This document shows, piece after piece, positions 10,355 to 20,525 of a stretch of DNA of 64,000 nucleotides. The notes below the pieces were generated by a model. It worked only from the letters and a program-made list of their open reading frames with translations, had not been told where the DNA came from and did not search any database. The position numbers were made by a program, and so were the translations under genes. Numbering within the stretch: the stretch's first letter is position 1; each line of letters starts with the position of its first letter. The DNA comes from an uncultured Acidimicrobiia bacterium (GTDB lineage Bacteria; Acidobacteriota; Terriglobia; Versatilivoradales; Versatilivoraceae), in the NCBI GenBank assembly GCA_963786955.1, contig CAWBAT010000009.1, positions 256,001-320,000 of the forward strand, given 5' to 3'.

Positions 10355-10492
10355 ATTCGTAATTACGGTGACGTATCTTAGGATAGGCGCCGCGTGGGCT
10401 TGGGGCTTTGAGAAAGCCCCAAGCCCACAAAGTTGTAGGCCGGGTCACCGACCCGGCGTTAACGTCCCCGTATCCATGAAAGGCAGTACTAA
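10355..10492 (+). repeat. ~138-bp dispersed repeat with two hairpins (REP/MITE-like), copy 1
   Basis: Direct repeat of 11457..11594; hairpins gtgggcttggggcttt..aaagccccaagcccac and gtag-gccgggtc..gacccggc. Confidence 0.85.
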
Positions 10493-10576
10493 TTAGCTCA
10501 CTCCACCATTGAATGCCGGGCTACCTGACTCGGCGAACCTGAGTGCAGCACCGGATGGGGGCATCCGACTTACGAT

Positions 10577-11320
10577 TCAGGGGAGGCCAGTACATGCCTG
10601 TTGAATTAGAGGAAGAACTTCCCCGGCTTTTCCAATGAGAACTTCATCAGCCTTGTTGGCCAAAGCTGACGGCTCGATATTGATTTCTACAACATAAGCT
10701 CCCTTCTCTTTGGCAATCATCGGTAATTGTGCCGCCGGATAAACTTCTGCCGAAGTTCCCACAGAAAAGAAGAGCTGACAACGTCCCACGGCGTCAAGAG
10801 ACAGGGAGAATTCCCGCTCGGGCAATAGTTCCCCAAACCAGACAACCCCCGGCCGCAATGCTCCTCCGCACTGACAAGTCGGAGGAAGTGGGGGCGAGGG
10901 CACGCTCGCCAGCTTTGACGTCTTCCTGCAACGCACACACCGAACTTCCCACAAATCCCCATGGAGCTTGAAGATATGGCGATTTCCGGCCCGGTCATGC
11001 AATCCATCAACGTTTTGAGTGATTAAATTAAACTCTGAAAAAAATCCTTCCATCCACGAAATGACGCCGTGACCGGGATTCGGGTCTACCTTCGAGATCA
11101 ACTCCATCCGCCAACGATACCATTCCCAGACACGAACAGGATTGGCGGCAAAGGCCTCGGGCGTTGCCAGTTCCTGGACGTTGAATTCATTCCATAACCC
11201 ATCCTTGCCACGGAACGTTGGCACTCCGCTTTCTGCGGATACACCCGCTCCGGTGAAAACAACAACATTCGTGGACGGAACCAGTAAACACCTCAGCTTG
11301 TTAGAGATCGCAATAGACAT
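10577..11320 (-). CDS. cobB: NAD-dependent protein deacylase (sirtuin)
   Basis: TGAGVSAESGVPTFRG, TQNVDGLH, LHG, two Cys pairs, RPGVVWFGE, GTS. Confidence 0.95.
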   Translation of the reverse strand: MSIAISNKLRCLLVPSTNVVVFTGAGVSAESGVPTFRGKDGLWNEFNVQELATPEAFAANPVRVWEWYRWRMELISKVDPNPGHGVISWMEGFFSEFNLITQNVDGLHDRAGNRHIFKLHGDLWEVRCVRCRKTSKLASVPSPPLPPTCQCGGALRPGVVWFGELLPEREFSLSLDAVGRCQLFFSVGTSAEVYPAAQLPMIAKEKGAYVVEINIEPSALANKADEVLIGKAGEVLPLIQQACTGLP

Positions 11321-11456
11321 GGCTTGTGACCGTCCTCAAGCACAAGACAAAACAAGGATACTATTCTTCGCTTCCAAGCTTTGTCAAGGCGAACGTCCTC
11401 CTGACATCAGTGAGGCGCGCGGATTTTCGATCCCTACCTGCTTTCTACGAAATGCT

Positions 11457-11594
11457 ATTCGTAATTACGGTGACGTATCCAAGGATAGGCGCCGCGTGGG
11501 GTTGGAGCTTTGAGAAAAGCCCAAGCCTGCAAAGTTGTTGGCCGGGTCACCGACCTGGCCTTAACGTCACTCTATTTATGAAAACAAGTACCAA
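11457..11594 (+). repeat. ~138-bp dispersed repeat, copy 2
   Basis: Colinear imperfect match to 10355..10492. Confidence 0.85.
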
Positions 11595-11688
11595 GTGATG
11601 AGCGCGAAGTCATCCTCCACCTGGCGGGAAAGTGTGGTAGCATTTCGCTTTTTGAAGGCTAACTGGAATTCACGAATAGGAATGTTCT

Positions 11689-13689
11689 ATGTTGGAAGTT
11701 TGGATCAATCAGGTCAAACAAAAGTTCCTCGTCCATATTCAAGAGCGATACGGAATTTCCCTCTCCCAGTTGATTGCGGAACAGCCTCCCAAAGTCGAAC
11801 TGGGAGACCTGGCTTTTCCGCTCTGTTTTGAATTGGCTAAAGTCGTAAAAAGGCCTCCTCGCCAGCTCGCTCTTGAGATCAAGGACAGTATCGGCAACTT
11901 ACCGGGTGTAACCAAGATAGAAATCGCCGGCCCAGGTTATATCAATCTTTTTTTTAAACGAGATGAGTTCTTCCGGCAATTATTTTCACGATCGACAAGC
12001 TCAGACCCAAAAGGAAACTCTGCCGGCAGCAAGGTCATCGTTGAACATACCAACATTAACCCCAATAAAGCCGCACACATTGGTCATTTAAGAAACGCTG
12101 TCCTCGGGGATACTTTTGCTCGAATGCTGCGTTTCAAAGGAGAAGAAGTAGAGATCCAAAACTACATTGATGACACTGGAGTTCAGGTGGCCGATGTCGT
12201 CGTCGGATTCCAGCACTTGGCGAAGATGAACCTCGAACAAATCAAGGCAATCCCCGGGAAATTCGACTATTACTGCTGGGACCTTTACGCCAAAGTCGCC
12301 TCTTTTTATGAACTGGCCCCGGAAAACCCTAAGCTTCGAGGAGAGGCGCTCAAACACATTGAGGAGGGCAATAATCCGACAGCGGAGATTGCCCACTTTG
12401 TGGCTCATAAGATTGTTCAGTGCCATATCGAGACGATGTGGCGGTTGGGGATCAGCTACGATCTGTTGCCTAAAGAGAGCGACATCCTTCACTTGAAATT
12501 TTGGAATTATGCGTTCGAATTGCTCAAAGAGCGCAATGCCATCCATTTTGAAACTTCCGGGAAGAATCAGGGGTGCTGGATCATGCGCGGGGCAGAAAAA
12601 AACAACTCCATCGTCTCAGATCCAGCGGCCGAAGCCGAAAAAGAATTCGACGAAGATAAGATCATCGTGCGGTCCAATGGAACGGTGACCTATGTCGGGA
12701 AAGACATGGCCTACCAGTTGTGGAAACTCGGCCTGCTCGGGATGGATTTCTTTTACCATCCGTTCCACCGTTACGAGAATGGGCAGGTCGTTTACATGAC
12801 CAATTCGGAACACAACCAAGGCATCACTGAACCAAAGTTCGGTGGAGGGACGCGTGTCTATAACGTGATCGATTCGCGCCAGTCCTATCTGCAAAATATC
12901 GTGGTGGCTGGGCTTCGCGCGCTTGGATATGCGGCACAAGCAGATCAATCGACTCATTTTTCCTATGAGATGGTTGCCCTGTCACCGCGATGCTGCGAAG
13001 AGCTGGGAATCCAGCTTTCGGAAGAAGACCAAATAAAACCTTATGTGGAAGTGTCGGGCCGAAGAGGGTTGGGCGTCAAAGCGGATGATCTCATCGACAC
13101 GTTGCTCGAAAAATCCATTCAAGAAGTCATGAGTCGCCATCCCGAACTGGCAGAGTCCGAGCTGCAGCCTATCGCCTCCAGTATCGCGATTAGCGCCCTT
13201 CGCTATTTTCTCTTGAAATATACGCGCAACTCGGTAATCGCTTTCGATTTCAAGGAAGCCCTGAGCTTTGAAGGAGAAACCGGTCCTTACGCGCAGTACG
13301 CGGTTGTCCGGGCAAATAACATCTTTCGCAAGGTGCTTGCAGATGATCCTGCTTACAACGAGAAGTCGGTCCAGTCCTTTGTGGAGGACATTGCCTCAGA
13401 AGATTTCCTGAAGGAGAAGATCCATGACGAGTTCTGGAGACTCATCTACTTAGCCGGGCAATTGGAATCCAATGTACGTGTGGCGCTTGACACCGCGGAG
13501 CCGGCTGTCGTCGCGAAATATGTATTTACACTGGCTCAAGCCTTTAATAATTTTTACCACAGACATCGGATCAAGGAAGAGGCCGACTCCGCCAAAAAAA
13601 GATTCCTTCTCGCGGTGACTCGCATCGTTCGCGACCGCCTGGAAGCCGGTCTCCAGATTCTCGGAATCTCCGTGCCTGAAATGATGTAA
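11689..13689 (+). CDS. argS: Arginine--tRNA ligase
   Basis: VEHTNINPNKAAHIGHLRNA, SFEGETGPYAQY, DALR-like C-terminus. Confidence 0.96.
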   Translation: MLEVWINQVKQKFLVHIQERYGISLSQLIAEQPPKVELGDLAFPLCFELAKVVKRPPRQLALEIKDSIGNLPGVTKIEIAGPGYINLFFKRDEFFRQLFSRSTSSDPKGNSAGSKVIVEHTNINPNKAAHIGHLRNAVLGDTFARMLRFKGEEVEIQNYIDDTGVQVADVVVGFQHLAKMNLEQIKAIPGKFDYYCWDLYAKVASFYELAPENPKLRGEALKHIEEGNNPTAEIAHFVAHKIVQCHIETMWRLGISYDLLPKESDILHLKFWNYAFELLKERNAIHFETSGKNQGCWIMRGAEKNNSIVSDPAAEAEKEFDEDKIIVRSNGTVTYVGKDMAYQLWKLGLLGMDFFYHPFHRYENGQVVYMTNSEHNQGITEPKFGGGTRVYNVIDSRQSYLQNIVVAGLRALGYAAQADQSTHFSYEMVALSPRCCEELGIQLSEEDQIKPYVEVSGRRGLGVKADDLIDTLLEKSIQEVMSRHPELAESELQPIASSIAISALRYFLLKYTRNSVIAFDFKEALSFEGETGPYAQYAVVRANNIFRKVLADDPAYNEKSVQSFVEDIASEDFLKEKIHDEFWRLIYLAGQLESNVRVALDTAEPAVVAKYVFTLAQAFNNFYHRHRIKEEADSAKKRFLLAVTRIVRDRLEAGLQILGISVPEMM

Positions 13690-13985
13690 GTTCCGGGAGA
13701 AGGAAAACATGCGGATCCAGCTTGTGAAAAACAGTGTCCTCACCAAGACGCAAAGGGCGCGGGTGGCAGACATGGGCTTCTTACATGTCTGCGTGACAGG
13801 GAATATACAATCTCAAAACGGGATTCTAGTAAATCCCTCGTGAAGAGACCGGTGAGGTGCATAGATGATTCCCTTGCTCAGTGCTCCACGCCAAGCCTCA
13901 CCTCTTCGCAGACATGCCCACAACGCATGTCTGATACCCACGGCCTTGTGGTGCAGGCGTCCCGCCTGCCGAAAGAAAGTTCTTT

Positions 13986-14576
13986 TCAATTGTGTTCGGT
14001 TTTTCCAAGCAATGGGAATACTTTAATCGGCGAATAGACTGCCCCTGCCGGCCTTAGGTCACTCCTCATCACAGTCACAGTTCTGACGGATACTATCTCG
14101 CCGCCGAAGTCCAATTCTTGCATCTTCCGTATTAACGCTTGCAGATTCCGCGGCGATTTGACCCTCCCGAAAGTAAGGTGAGGACTGAACGGCCGATCTT
14201 CGCGTGCGTACCCGTTCCCAGACAACCCAACCTCGATTAGTTCGACCAAGTCCCGAAGCGGCGACGGAATGGGCTGTATGCCGACCCACAGGACTCGAGG
14301 ATTCCTGGCCGTTGGAAAGCATCCTGCTCCCCTAACCTGCATTTCCATAACGGGGATCGCATGGGCTGCCTTCTCAAGCGCTGCGCAAATCAACGGCAGC
14401 TTCTGCTCGGATACATCTCCAAGGAATTTCAAGGTGAGGTGAATATTCGAAGGTTTAACCCAACTCACTTCTGCCCCTAGCCCCTTCAGGCGTTTCTGGA
14501 ATTCGGCAAGAAGCGCCTGCACGGTCTCCGGCAATTCGATACAGATAAAGGTTCGAATCGTGCCTGTTTTCGACAT
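13986..14576 (-). CDS. thpR: RNA 2',3'-cyclic phosphodiesterase (2H family)
   Basis: Two HxT motifs: HLTLKFLG and PHLTFGR. Confidence 0.93.
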   Translation of the reverse strand: MSKTGTIRTFICIELPETVQALLAEFQKRLKGLGAEVSWVKPSNIHLTLKFLGDVSEQKLPLICAALEKAAHAIPVMEMQVRGAGCFPTARNPRVLWVGIQPIPSPLRDLVELIEVGLSGNGYAREDRPFSPHLTFGRVKSPRNLQALIRKMQELDFGGEIVSVRTVTVMRSDLRPAGAVYSPIKVFPLLGKTEHN

Positions 14577-14823
14577 CGATCAATTCTTCTGAACAGGGAT
14601 ATTTGTTTATGAAACGGGATTGTACACCCAGTCTCCGTCTCGCAGAACGTGCCCCGCCAAATCAGAAATAGAATTTTCGGCTCCCCTCTCCAGCGCGGGA
14701 GAAAAGCCCACGATGAATGCGGCGAGCACATTCATCGTGGCTACCAATACGTCTGCGCCGCCGACAATCTCGGCCTCCTAGAACTCCGCCCTCCAAACCA
14801 CAACACAGTTCGATTACGAAGCA

Positions 14824-15969
14824 CTAAGCCTGAATCGGGTACGATCCGAACTCCTGCGCTGCATCGAACAATGCCACAATATTTTCGACAGGAACTTTGG
14901 CCTGAATGTTATGCACCGAGCCAAACACGAATCCCCCTCCGGGAGCCAGATCATGAATCCGACGCTTCACCTCTTTGGCCACGTCCTCGGGGCTCCCGTT
15001 CTGCAAGACCACGGGGTCACAACCGCCGCCCCAGAAGGTTAGATCCTTCCCAAATTCGCGTTTCAAGCGGGCGGAGTCCATCTCGACGGCGTTCACTTGT
15101 ACCGGATTGAGCACTTCGATCCCGATCTCGATAATGTCTGGAATGAAGCGGTAGATCGACCCACAGGAATGGAGATAAATGCGGGCCTTCGTTTTTTTGT
15201 GGATGTGTTCGACCAGGCGGCGCATCCGCGGCTTATAGATCTGTCGAAAGGTTGCCGGCGCCATCATGGGCCCGCGTTGGGTGCCGAGGTCTTCGTTGAG
15301 CTGAACAAGATCGACGTATTCTCCCACCTCATCCAGTGCCATATCCCAATAGGCCATTTGCCATTCGAGCAGGCGCTCGGTGAAGGCTTCCATCAAGCGC
15401 AGGTTTCCGGCCAAGTCCATGAACGCCTTCTCTAATCCAAACACATACCAAGAATGCTCCCAAAGGCCCGGCGTGGCATTGCACAGCATGAGGACTTTTT
15501 CACCCGCGGCATGGGCCGCCTTGATTTGCTCGGTCAAACCTGCAATGCGTGAACGATCCTTAGGGTCCGGCCATGGGTACTTATTAAGATCGGCTTCGGT
15601 CTCCGCGTCTGGAAGCGGCACTCCGGCCATGTCAAAGTAATAGCCATTCGGGGGCATGTGGTACTTCGTTCCCCACTCATCGAAATAAGTATTCGTTTCA
15701 GGATCGATCCTGAAGACATAGCTGCTAGGAGGCTTGGGGAAGAACATGGCCGTAACCCGTTCGAAACGGTTAAGCAACTGGGGGTCCGGTTCCACCAGAT
15801 AAGTATGGTAACTACGAATGGGTGGCTTCGGTCCGTTCAAACCCAGATGTTGCATGAGGGACTCATGCGCATACAAATGGAGTGTCGTGTGACGCCCGCC
15901 GAAGTCGAGGGGAACTCGATCCGGTTCCTGATGATTGAGGGCGGCCAGCGCTCTCTCCCGGCTGTTCAT
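14824..15969 (-). CDS. Uroporphyrinogen decarboxylase/MtaA-CmuA family protein
   Basis: MNSRER..HQEPDRVP, EDLGTQRG, LHSCG, NPVQ, GGGFVFGSVHNIQ. Confidence 0.85.
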   Translation of the reverse strand: MNSRERALAALNHQEPDRVPLDFGGRHTTLHLYAHESLMQHLGLNGPKPPIRSYHTYLVEPDPQLLNRFERVTAMFFPKPPSSYVFRIDPETNTYFDEWGTKYHMPPNGYYFDMAGVPLPDAETEADLNKYPWPDPKDRSRIAGLTEQIKAAHAAGEKVLMLCNATPGLWEHSWYVFGLEKAFMDLAGNLRLMEAFTERLLEWQMAYWDMALDEVGEYVDLVQLNEDLGTQRGPMMAPATFRQIYKPRMRRLVEHIHKKTKARIYLHSCGSIYRFIPDIIEIGIEVLNPVQVNAVEMDSARLKREFGKDLTFWGGGCDPVVLQNGSPEDVAKEVKRRIHDLAPGGGFVFGSVHNIQAKVPVENIVALFDAAQEFGSYPIQA

Positions 15970-16350
15970 GGTGATCCTCCTTTTTACCTGCGGCTTTCTC
16001 GACTGATCGAACCTTCATGGGAGATTGCAAGTCATGCTGAAAAGAGAAAAGAAGAAGAAATACTTTCTGAGGTCTATTTTCAGGAGCTCAATCGAATCGG
16101 ATGCCCCATTTACTATTGTGAGCCACCGATCCGTAAATACGCACAATGCTAGCAGCTTCCGAGTGGCTCTGAGAAAAGAAAAGAGACTAAGGAATTGCAG
16201 GGCTCCGTTGAAGCATTAACGGAGAAACGGCAGAGAATCCCCTGAGCATTTTTGAATTGGTGGGAGTTGGTTGGAAAGGAATAGGCCTAGAGACCAGTGT
16301 GACTTCGGCATCAACGCTGACTATCGCGATGCCCGGTGGTGCAGTCTGAT

Positions 16351-16503
16351 AGGATGCTGAAAAACTCGTTGTAGCCGGCCTCGCTGAGGCCGGAAGTATT
16401 GCAAGATTTTGTTTATCTGTGGTCAGCGACCACGGCTACAATCGAAGAGTTGCAATCAGCTCCCTCTTGCCAGTCTCCACTGGCAAGATTTTTTTCAGGA
16501 TGC
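16351..16503. repeat. MITE-like element enclosing an inverted GTAG-REP pair
   Basis: Ends aggatgctgaaaaa and ttttttcaggatgc (imperfect IR); REPs gtagccggcctcgctgaggccgg (16371) and tggtcagcgaccacggctac (to 16439). Confidence 0.55.
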
Positions 16504-16637
16504 GGCGACCGTTTCAGGAGATGGAATCTCATCGGATGCTGGCGGTTCGAGTCGCAATGTTTATTCCCGCCGGAAACAGTCGCTCGCAAAGGAAATCAGC
16601 CGGATCCCATTTGATGTGGTTGTAACGAAAGACTCAT

Positions 16638-17120
16638 TCACTGTTTTTCGTAAAGAGCGTGATTCTTGAATTCTCCCTCAGGCCCTTTCACCGTGCCTTT
16701 CCGTTCAAACTTCTTACCATCTTTGGAGACCGTCACCGTATAAGTCTCTACTGTCTTTCCATCGGCGGAAGTCGCCACACCTTTGGTTGTAGAGTTGTTG
16801 ACGCGGGTGATCGATGCCTTCGAAGCATAGGGGCTGCCAACGAGGGGATATTCCTTCCCATCGATTGCGCCGCTGAACTCAACTTTCAATGGTTTTCCGT
16901 CTCCTGTAGTGCCTGTGAGAGAGTACTTGAGCGACGGCTCCTTGTGTTCTATCACCAAAGTGGCATTCTTCGGTTTCGGTCTTTTCCCGAAATCAGATTT
17001 TTCAGTATCCAGCTTCCAGGTTCCGGACAGGTTGGACACTTCAGCCCTCGCAGGGCTTGCCCAGAGAGCAATAGCGGTGACAAGCACCGCAAAGACGAGA
17101 TAGCGTCTAGCAGTATTCAT
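16638..17120 (-). CDS. Secreted beta-rich hypothetical protein (lipocalin-like)
   Basis: Signal peptide, LSGTWKLD..KSDFG, DGKEYP. Confidence 0.8.
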   Translation of the reverse strand: MNTARRYLVFAVLVTAIALWASPARAEVSNLSGTWKLDTEKSDFGKRPKPKNATLVIEHKEPSLKYSLTGTTGDGKPLKVEFSGAIDGKEYPLVGSPYASKASITRVNNSTTKGVATSADGKTVETYTVTVSKDGKKFERKGTVKGPEGEFKNHALYEKQ

Positions 17121-17215
17121 ACGATCTCCTTTAAGTTGAATTGGGGGTTAAGGACCACGGGCAAGAACTTATATCACAAACTGGAGCAGACAACAGCTAG
17201 AAAGCAATTCCCCAA

Positions 17216-18865
17216 ATGAGTTACGATCCCTTGCCTATGTTTGATTTACTCTCGGATGTAATCGCCTATCATCGGGCCACGAAACACCATTTTCATGCCT
17301 ACGCTTCTGGGCCGGAATATTTAGACTGGGAGACACAGCCCAATCCCTTTCGACGCTATGAAGGCGCACCGCTGATCCCTCTAGAGCATATCCTACCGAC
17401 TCCGGAACCTTTTTATGACGAGGCTTTCAAGGCAGGTCATGTTCTGCCTCAGCCCTTCACCCATCATTCGGTGTCGCAATTCTTCTGTGACAGCCTGGCG
17501 CTATCGGCGTGGAAACAGGCGGGGCAATCCTCTTGGGCGTTGCGGATTAATCCCTCGAGTGGCAACCTCCACCCAACCGAGGGCTATCTGGTCTGCGGGC
17601 CAATCACGGGACTGTGCCAGAGTCCAATGATCTGTCACTACGCGCCCGCCGAACATGCGCTAGAGCAACGCGCTGAATTTCCCTTGGAGACTTGGCAAGC
17701 TTTGACCCAACACCTTCCCAACGGAGTGCTCCTGATCGGAATTACTTCCGTACATTGGCGGGAAGCCTGGAAATATGGAGAGCGCGCCTATCGCTATTGT
17801 CAACACGATGTAGGACATGCCATTGCCGCTTTGAGTCTGGCTGCTGCAGCCTTGGGCTGGCAGGCCCGCCTCTTGGATCATCTCGGCAGCGACTCGCTCG
17901 CCGCACTGCTGGGTGTCGGTAACCCTCAAGGCGCTGAACCCGAAGAGCCTGATTGTGTGCTGGCGGTCTATCCGCAGGGGAATCCTGAAACGACTTACAC
18001 TTTGCCAAGCAGTGTGCTCACGACTTTTGCAACATTGCCCTGGCAGGGCCAACCCAATGTTTTGAGCACCAGTCACGTTGAATGGACAATGATCGAGCGG
18101 GTTGCGGTGGCGACGAAAAAGCCCTCGACCAAGCAAGCATACGACAGCCTACTGCCTACAGGGCCAACCCCTGTGGGCGGTTCAGCGCGAACCTCATTTC
18201 GCCAGATTATTTTTCAGCGTCGTAGTGCCGTCGCGCTGGATGGCCGAACAAGGATGACACGGGACGCCTTTTATCACATCTTGCTCAAGACCCTGGCCAG
18301 TCCTAGTCAATTCCCTTTTAATACTCTTCCCTGGACACCACTGATTCACCTGGCCCTCTTTGTCCATCGAGTTGATGGAATTGATCCAGGACTTTATCTT
18401 CTGATTCGTAACTCATTGCAACAGAGTGCATTACAGGCCATAATGAAACCAGAGTTTTCCTGGATAAAGCCAGAAGATTGTCCCGACGGTTTGGAACTTT
18501 ATCAACTCCAGAAGGGAGATGCCCGCACGCTGTCTCGACAGATCTCTTGCAATCAATCGATTGCAGCCGATGGCTGTTTCAGCCTCGGTATGATCGCCGA
18601 GTTTGAAAGACCCTTAAGGCAATACGGCCCTTGGTTTTATCCGCGGCTTTTTTGGGAAAGCGGAGTCCTCGGTCAGGTTTTGTATCTTGAGGCAGAGGCA
18701 ATCGGGATCCGCGGCACTGGCATCGGCTGTTTTTTCGATGACCCGATGCACACGGTGCTGGGACTCAAGACTCTTGAGTATCAGAGTCTGTATCACTTCA
18801 CCATGGGTGGGCCTGTCGAAGACTCGAGGTTAAGAACTTTACCCCCTTATCCACCCGGTCTGTAG
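17216..18865 (+). CDS. SagB/ThcOx-like two-domain nitroreductase-family oxidoreductase
   Basis: LRINPSSGNLHPTE, WKYGERAYRY, RRSA, LYLEAEA..GTGIGCFFDD. Confidence 0.88.
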   Translation: MSYDPLPMFDLLSDVIAYHRATKHHFHAYASGPEYLDWETQPNPFRRYEGAPLIPLEHILPTPEPFYDEAFKAGHVLPQPFTHHSVSQFFCDSLALSAWKQAGQSSWALRINPSSGNLHPTEGYLVCGPITGLCQSPMICHYAPAEHALEQRAEFPLETWQALTQHLPNGVLLIGITSVHWREAWKYGERAYRYCQHDVGHAIAALSLAAAALGWQARLLDHLGSDSLAALLGVGNPQGAEPEEPDCVLAVYPQGNPETTYTLPSSVLTTFATLPWQGQPNVLSTSHVEWTMIERVAVATKKPSTKQAYDSLLPTGPTPVGGSARTSFRQIIFQRRSAVALDGRTRMTRDAFYHILLKTLASPSQFPFNTLPWTPLIHLALFVHRVDGIDPGLYLLIRNSLQQSALQAIMKPEFSWIKPEDCPDGLELYQLQKGDARTLSRQISCNQSIAADGCFSLGMIAEFERPLRQYGPWFYPRLFWESGVLGQVLYLEAEAIGIRGTGIGCFFDDPMHTVLGLKTLEYQSLYHFTMGGPVEDSRLRTLPPYPPGL

Positions 18866-18875
18866 GGAGGGGAAA

Positions 18876-18956
18876 GTAGGGCGGTCTCGCTGAGACCGCC
18901 GCCTCCAGTTTGGTCAAGGAGGCGCGCACGGCGTGCGCGCCCTACCAGAGCGACCA
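18876..18956. repeat. GTAG REP doublet (REPIN-like)
   Basis: gtagggcggtctcgctgagaccgcc...ggcgcgcacggcgtgcgcgccctac; near-identical to 49932..50012. Confidence 0.85.
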
Positions 18957-19182
18957 CCCCCTCGCCCACTCCTTACCAAGGAGGGGAGCCTTATTGCCAA
19001 TTTTCGCGACAGAAACTAGACTGGACAGTTCTTAAGCAGATACTATTACATATAGACGCAGAAGAAAGAAGGTGGGTTCCCAATAGCCGTTTACGCCCCA
19101 ATTAATTCCTATTCCCAGTGCATTCAAGCTTAGACATGGAAGCCGACAAGTCTGGCCTTCCTTATATCTGAAGTGAAAGGCG

Positions 19183-20499
19183 ATGAAATCCATGAAATCG
19201 AAAATTCCTGCGCCTCGCTCGATCTCACGGCGTCATTTTTTGAAAGCATCCTCAACGCTCAGTCTTGCGGGGCCTTTGACGGTTCATTTCACTTTCCCGG
19301 AAAAAATCTATCCCGCCAACAGCGAGACCTTGCGGGTCGGTTTGATTGGGTGTGGTGGCCGGGGAACGGGCGCCGCTCTACAGGCGCTCAATGCGGACAA
19401 CAATGTCATCCTGACCGCCATGGCCGATGCCTTTGCGGATCGGCTCCACAGCAGCCTGGAAACGTTGAAGACCCAGCAACCCGAACGTGTCCAAGTCGAG
19501 CCGGAGCGGCGTTTTTATGGGTTCGACGCTTATCAAAAGGTCATCAACAGCGGTATAGACGTCGTGTTGCTGGCAACTCCGCCCGGTTTCCGGCCGCTTC
19601 ATCTCAAGGCCGCCATCGATGCCAATAAGCATGTGTTCTGCGAAAAGCCGGTCGCTGTGGATGCTCCCGGAATTCGCTCTGTCCTGGCAACCGTCGAAGA
19701 GGCTCGAAAAAAGAAATTATCTTTGGTTTCGGGTTTTTGCTGGCACTACAGCTCTCCGGAGCGCGCAATCTTTCAGCAAGTACATGATGGGGCCATCGGT
19801 CAGTTGGTTACGGTCTATTCCACTTATGATACCGGTCTTATTTGGAACCGCCCACGCCAGCCAGACTGGAGCGACATGGAATGGCAAATGCGCAACTGGT
19901 ACTATTTCACCTGGCTTTCAGGTGACCACATCGTAGAGCAGGCTGTACACAGTATTGACAAAATGTGCTGGGCAATGAAGGGCGAAATGCCGACGAGCGC
20001 CATCGCGCTGGGAGGACGACAGGTGCGGAACACGCCCGACTTCGGGCAAATCTATGATCACTTCAGTGTCGCCTATGAGTATGCCAGTGGTGTCAGAGGA
20101 TTTCACTATTGCCGCCAACAAGAAGGATGTGCCAATCAGACGGCCGATTTCTATAGTGGAACCAAAGGAGCCTGCGAGATCGAAGGGAGCAGACGGATTC
20201 ATTTGATTCGGGGGGAGAACAGCTGGAAGTATCAGGGACCTTACAACAATATGTATCAGACTGAGCATGACGAGCTGTTTGCTTCTATCCGCAAGGGTGA
20301 ACCGATTAATGACGGAGTCTGGATGGCCCAGAGCACGATGATGGCGATCCTCGGCAGAGAGGCCGCCTACACCGGACAGAAGATCAGTTGGGACGAGATC
20401 ATGAATTCCCAGCAGGATTTGTCTCCACCGAAGTATGAATGGGATGTTTCTCTCCCTATTCCAGAAGTGGCCATGCCGGGAATTACCAAGTTCTTTTAG
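19183..20499 (+). CDS. Tat-exported Gfo/Idh/MocA oxidoreductase
   Basis: SRRHFLK, GLIGCGGRGTGA, EKP, GDHIVEQAVH. Confidence 0.92.
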   Translation: MKSMKSKIPAPRSISRRHFLKASSTLSLAGPLTVHFTFPEKIYPANSETLRVGLIGCGGRGTGAALQALNADNNVILTAMADAFADRLHSSLETLKTQQPERVQVEPERRFYGFDAYQKVINSGIDVVLLATPPGFRPLHLKAAIDANKHVFCEKPVAVDAPGIRSVLATVEEARKKKLSLVSGFCWHYSSPERAIFQQVHDGAIGQLVTVYSTYDTGLIWNRPRQPDWSDMEWQMRNWYYFTWLSGDHIVEQAVHSIDKMCWAMKGEMPTSAIALGGRQVRNTPDFGQIYDHFSVAYEYASGVRGFHYCRQQEGCANQTADFYSGTKGACEIEGSRRIHLIRGENSWKYQGPYNNMYQTEHDELFASIRKGEPINDGVWMAQSTMMAILGREAAYTGQKISWDEIMNSQQDLSPPKYEWDVSLPIPEVAMPGITKFF

Positions 20500-20525
20500 T
20501 TTGCTTCACGCGATAGGAGTCTTCG

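Noticed and set aside
10577-11320. Sirtuin as an anti-phage SIR2 effector
   Set aside because: It is a canonical short CobB with a zinc-binding module, in a housekeeping context.
17216-18865. SagB-like gene as an azole RiPP cluster
   Set aside because: No YcaO, E1-like protein or plausible precursor nearby; it looks stand-alone.
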